From Candidatus Moraniibacteriota bacterium (GTDB lineage Bacteria > Patescibacteriota > Minisyncoccia > Moranbacterales > UBA1568): 64,000 nt of DNA. The position numbers were made by a program, and so were the translations under genes. The DNA lies in NCBI GenBank assembly GCA_008012175.1, contig SSEF01000001.1:25061-89060 (forward strand), written 5' to 3'. The notes beneath the pieces are model-generated. The model saw nothing but the letters and a program-made list of their open reading frames with translations. It was not told the DNA's origin and ran no database searches. Shown in pieces: positions 61,934-64,000 of this stretch. Position 1 is the stretch's first letter; each line of letters starts with the position of its first letter.

Positions 61934-63073
61934 ATGAAAATCGCTCTCGTCCATGACTATCTGGTGCAGTACGGCGGCGCCGAGCGCGTGCTCGAAGCGT
62001 TCACTGAGATCTGGCCGTATGCGCCGATCTACACGCTCCTCCACGATCCCGAGGCGATGCACGGGAAATTCGAGGGAAAACGCATCTATACCTCGTTCCT
62101 CCAGAGGTCCCGCTTCGCCCGGAAGCATCACCGGCTCTTCCCGCCGCTCATGCCGGTCGCGATCGAGAGCTTCGACTTCTCGAAGTACGATGTCGTCCTG
62201 TCGGACTCGTCGAGCTATGCGAAGGGCATCATCACTGGTCCAGAGACGCTTCATATCTCGTATGTCCATACGCCGATGCGCTACGCCTGGGACGACTGCC
62301 AGAAATATACCGAGGACTTCGGCTGGCCGCGCTTCATCAAGAAGCTCGTGCCGTTCTTCATGAACCCGATCCGGCTCTGGGACAAGGCTTCGGCCGACCG
62401 GGTCGACCACTTTATCGCCAATTCCGAATTCGTCCGGGCGCGCATCGCGAAATACTATCGCAAGGAGTCCGATGTGATCCATCCGCCGGTCGAGGTGGCG
62501 CGTTTCCGGGTGGCGTCCGCGAGCGGGGTGAAAGGCTACTACCTCATGGTCGGCCGGCTCATCGCCTACAAGCGGCACGATATCGCGATCGAGGCGTTCA
62601 ATCGGATGAAGCTACCGCTCAAGATCATCGGCCGCGGTCCCGAACTCGAACGACTGAAGAAGCTGGCCGGACCGACGATCGAATTCCTCGGACGCGTCCC
62701 GGACGAGGAGCTGCCGAAATACTATGCCGAATGCCAGGCCTTCATCTTTCCGCAGGAGGAGGACTTCGGCATCGTCGCTGAGGAAGCCTTCGCTTCGGGT
62801 CGGCCGGTGATCGCGTATCGTGGCGGCGATATCGTCGAGCATCTCGAAGAGGGGAAGATGGGCGAATTCTTCGACGAGCAGACGGCTGATGCGCTCGTTC
62901 ACGCGATGGAGCGTTTTCGCGGCCGGTCCTACGACAGCGCCTTGATCCGCTCGAAGGCTGAGCGTTTTGACAAGGAGCGCTTTAAGGCTAGAATAAGTGA
63001 CCTGGTCGAGCACCTGGTTCGCGAACATCTCGCGGGCAGGTCTAAGCAGGTATCGGGAAAGGTTAATCCCTAA
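61934..63073 (+). CDS. Glycosyltransferase family 4 (GT-B)
   Basis: MKIALVHDYLVQYGGAERV N-terminus and FIFPQEEDFGIVAEEAFASGRPVIA (E-x7-E motif). Confidence 0.85.
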   Translation: MKIALVHDYLVQYGGAERVLEAFTEIWPYAPIYTLLHDPEAMHGKFEGKRIYTSFLQRSRFARKHHRLFPPLMPVAIESFDFSKYDVVLSDSSSYAKGIITGPETLHISYVHTPMRYAWDDCQKYTEDFGWPRFIKKLVPFFMNPIRLWDKASADRVDHFIANSEFVRARIAKYYRKESDVIHPPVEVARFRVASASGVKGYYLMVGRLIAYKRHDIAIEAFNRMKLPLKIIGRGPELERLKKLAGPTIEFLGRVPDEELPKYYAECQAFIFPQEEDFGIVAEEAFASGRPVIAYRGGDIVEHLEEGKMGEFFDEQTADALVHAMERFRGRSYDSALIRSKAERFDKERFKARISDLVEHLVREHLAGRSKQVSGKVNP

Positions 63074-63087
63074 GCGCCGAGGATAAT

Positions 63088-63711
63088 ATGGAACTCCGTG
63101 ATTTTCTCCAATTATTTGTTTATCGCTGGCGGCTCATGTCCGGCGTATTCATTCTTGCCATTATGGCTGGCGCCGTGGTTTATCGGCTGCAGCCGCAATT
63201 CTATCGCGGTGAGCTGCTTCTCTCGGTAGCTCGCCAAGGGAGCGGAACGATCTCGTCTGAATACCGGTATGACCAGTACTATCGCCTCCAGGCTGATGAG
63301 CGCATAGGGGAAATGGTGGCCCGTTATCTGGGGACAGAGACTGGCATCCATGAAGTCGCTCGCCGTTCCTCGCTCTCTCTTCAACAAGAAATGGCATTTC
63401 GGGAAAGCGACGTATCGGCCCTCCATCTTTCAACGGGGCTCGTGAAAATTGTCTATCATGCCGAGACACCGGCTGCAGCCGAACGAATCGCTGATGGTTT
63501 CTTGGAAGCAGCCGAGCAGCAGGTGAGCGGATTGAACGAGCGGTCAGCGGAACGTGATTGGTTCACGCTCGTTTCGACCGAGCCGGTCGTATCGGATGGC
63601 CGCTTCTCGATCCTGTTTGCTCTCGGCATCGCTGCGCTTGCCGGAGTCTTCTTCGGATTTTGGGCGGTGCTCGGGCTCTGGTACTGGAATGGCAGCAGTT
63701 ATCGCCGCTAG
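63088..63711 (+). CDS. Wzz-like polysaccharide chain-length determinant domain protein (short)
   Basis: FVYRWRLMSGVFILAIMAGAVVY N-terminal TM plus a C-terminal TM (ILFALGIAALAGVFFGFWAVLGLWYW). 207 aa is short for Wzz. Confidence 0.5.
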   Translation: MELRDFLQLFVYRWRLMSGVFILAIMAGAVVYRLQPQFYRGELLLSVARQGSGTISSEYRYDQYYRLQADERIGEMVARYLGTETGIHEVARRSSLSLQQEMAFRESDVSALHLSTGLVKIVYHAETPAAAERIADGFLEAAEQQVSGLNERSAERDWFTLVSTEPVVSDGRFSILFALGIAALAGVFFGFWAVLGLWYWNGSSYRR

Positions 63712-63765
63712 TTTTCCGGGGAAACACAGAAATTCAGCCGTGATTGATCTGCGGTATCCATACAT

Positions 63766-64000
63766 ATGAGAATTGGCATTGACATCCGCCCGCTTGCAGC
63801 CGGAAGACGGACGGGCGTCGAAGAATACACCATCGGCCTCCTCTCTGAACTCTTCCGCTCTGGTACCGAGCACGAGTACGTGCTCTTCTTCAATGCCTGG
63901 GGGAAGGCTGAGCCCGACCTGTCATGGGCCGAAGGGTTTCCGAATGTTACGATCCGGCGTTTCCAGTATCCCAACCGGCTCCTCAATCTCTCGCTCTGGT
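63766..64000 (+). CDS. Glycosyltransferase family 4, N-terminal part (3'-truncated by the window edge)
   Basis: MRIGIDIRPLAAGRRTGVEEYTIGLLSEL is a typical GT4 N-terminus; the ORF runs off the window. Confidence 0.6.
   Translation, partial: MRIGIDIRPLAAGRRTGVEEYTIGLLSELFRSGTEHEYVLFFNAWGKAEPDLSWAEGFPNVTIRRFQYPNRLLNLSLW

Noticed and set aside
1-64000. CRISPR arrays, rRNA genes, transposases or integrases
   Set aside because: No regularly spaced direct repeats, no rRNA-like conserved blocks and no DDE/tyrosine-recombinase-like ORFs were seen anywhere in the window.

Overview
Gene-dense 64-kb bacterial chromosomal window, mostly high GC with several clearly lower-GC patches. Contents in order: housekeeping genes (3' end of nusB, rnc, a short SMC-family ATPase, a cytidine-deaminase-fold gene, rpsP, rplJ-rplL, dnaX, tRNA-Gln, mnmA, mutY, lgt, xseA-xseB, dus). 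A 7.3-kb six-gene operon (9151-16461) encodes a complex-I / group-4 [NiFe]-hydrogenase-like membrane complex whose NuoB-like and NuoCD/HycE-like subunits have lost every metal-ligating cysteine; this is Ehr-type and reads as the most system-like novelty in the window. Further along are a korAB 2-oxoacid:ferredoxin oxidoreductase beside a ferredoxin and a complete rrf2-sufC-sufB-sufD-sufS-sufU-ferredoxin-sufT cluster, then a cell-envelope glycosylation cluster (several GT4, a methyltransferase, an epimerase, a Wzz-like protein). Accessory or unusual items: a low-GC islet at tRNA-Gln with a SET-domain protein and an alpha/beta hydrolase; a split HerA/VirD4-like ATPase plus membrane-partner pair; a tandem pair of paralogous small proteins followed by a PRPP-motif (phosphoribosyltransferase-like) gene, each with recognisable promoter, RBS and terminator; CTAG-rich repeats around trmH/HAD/vanZ; a 161-bp AT-rich palindromic element; an HRDC-XseA fusion; two paralogous Cys-rich secreted proteins; a triple-LamG surface protein. 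The gene content (LamG surface protein, tail-extended ribosomal proteins, ferredoxin-dependent fermentative metabolism, weak RBSs, a TATACT -10 consensus) is reminiscent of Patescibacteria/CPR-like organisms; that is inference only. No CRISPR array, rRNA or clear transposase was seen.
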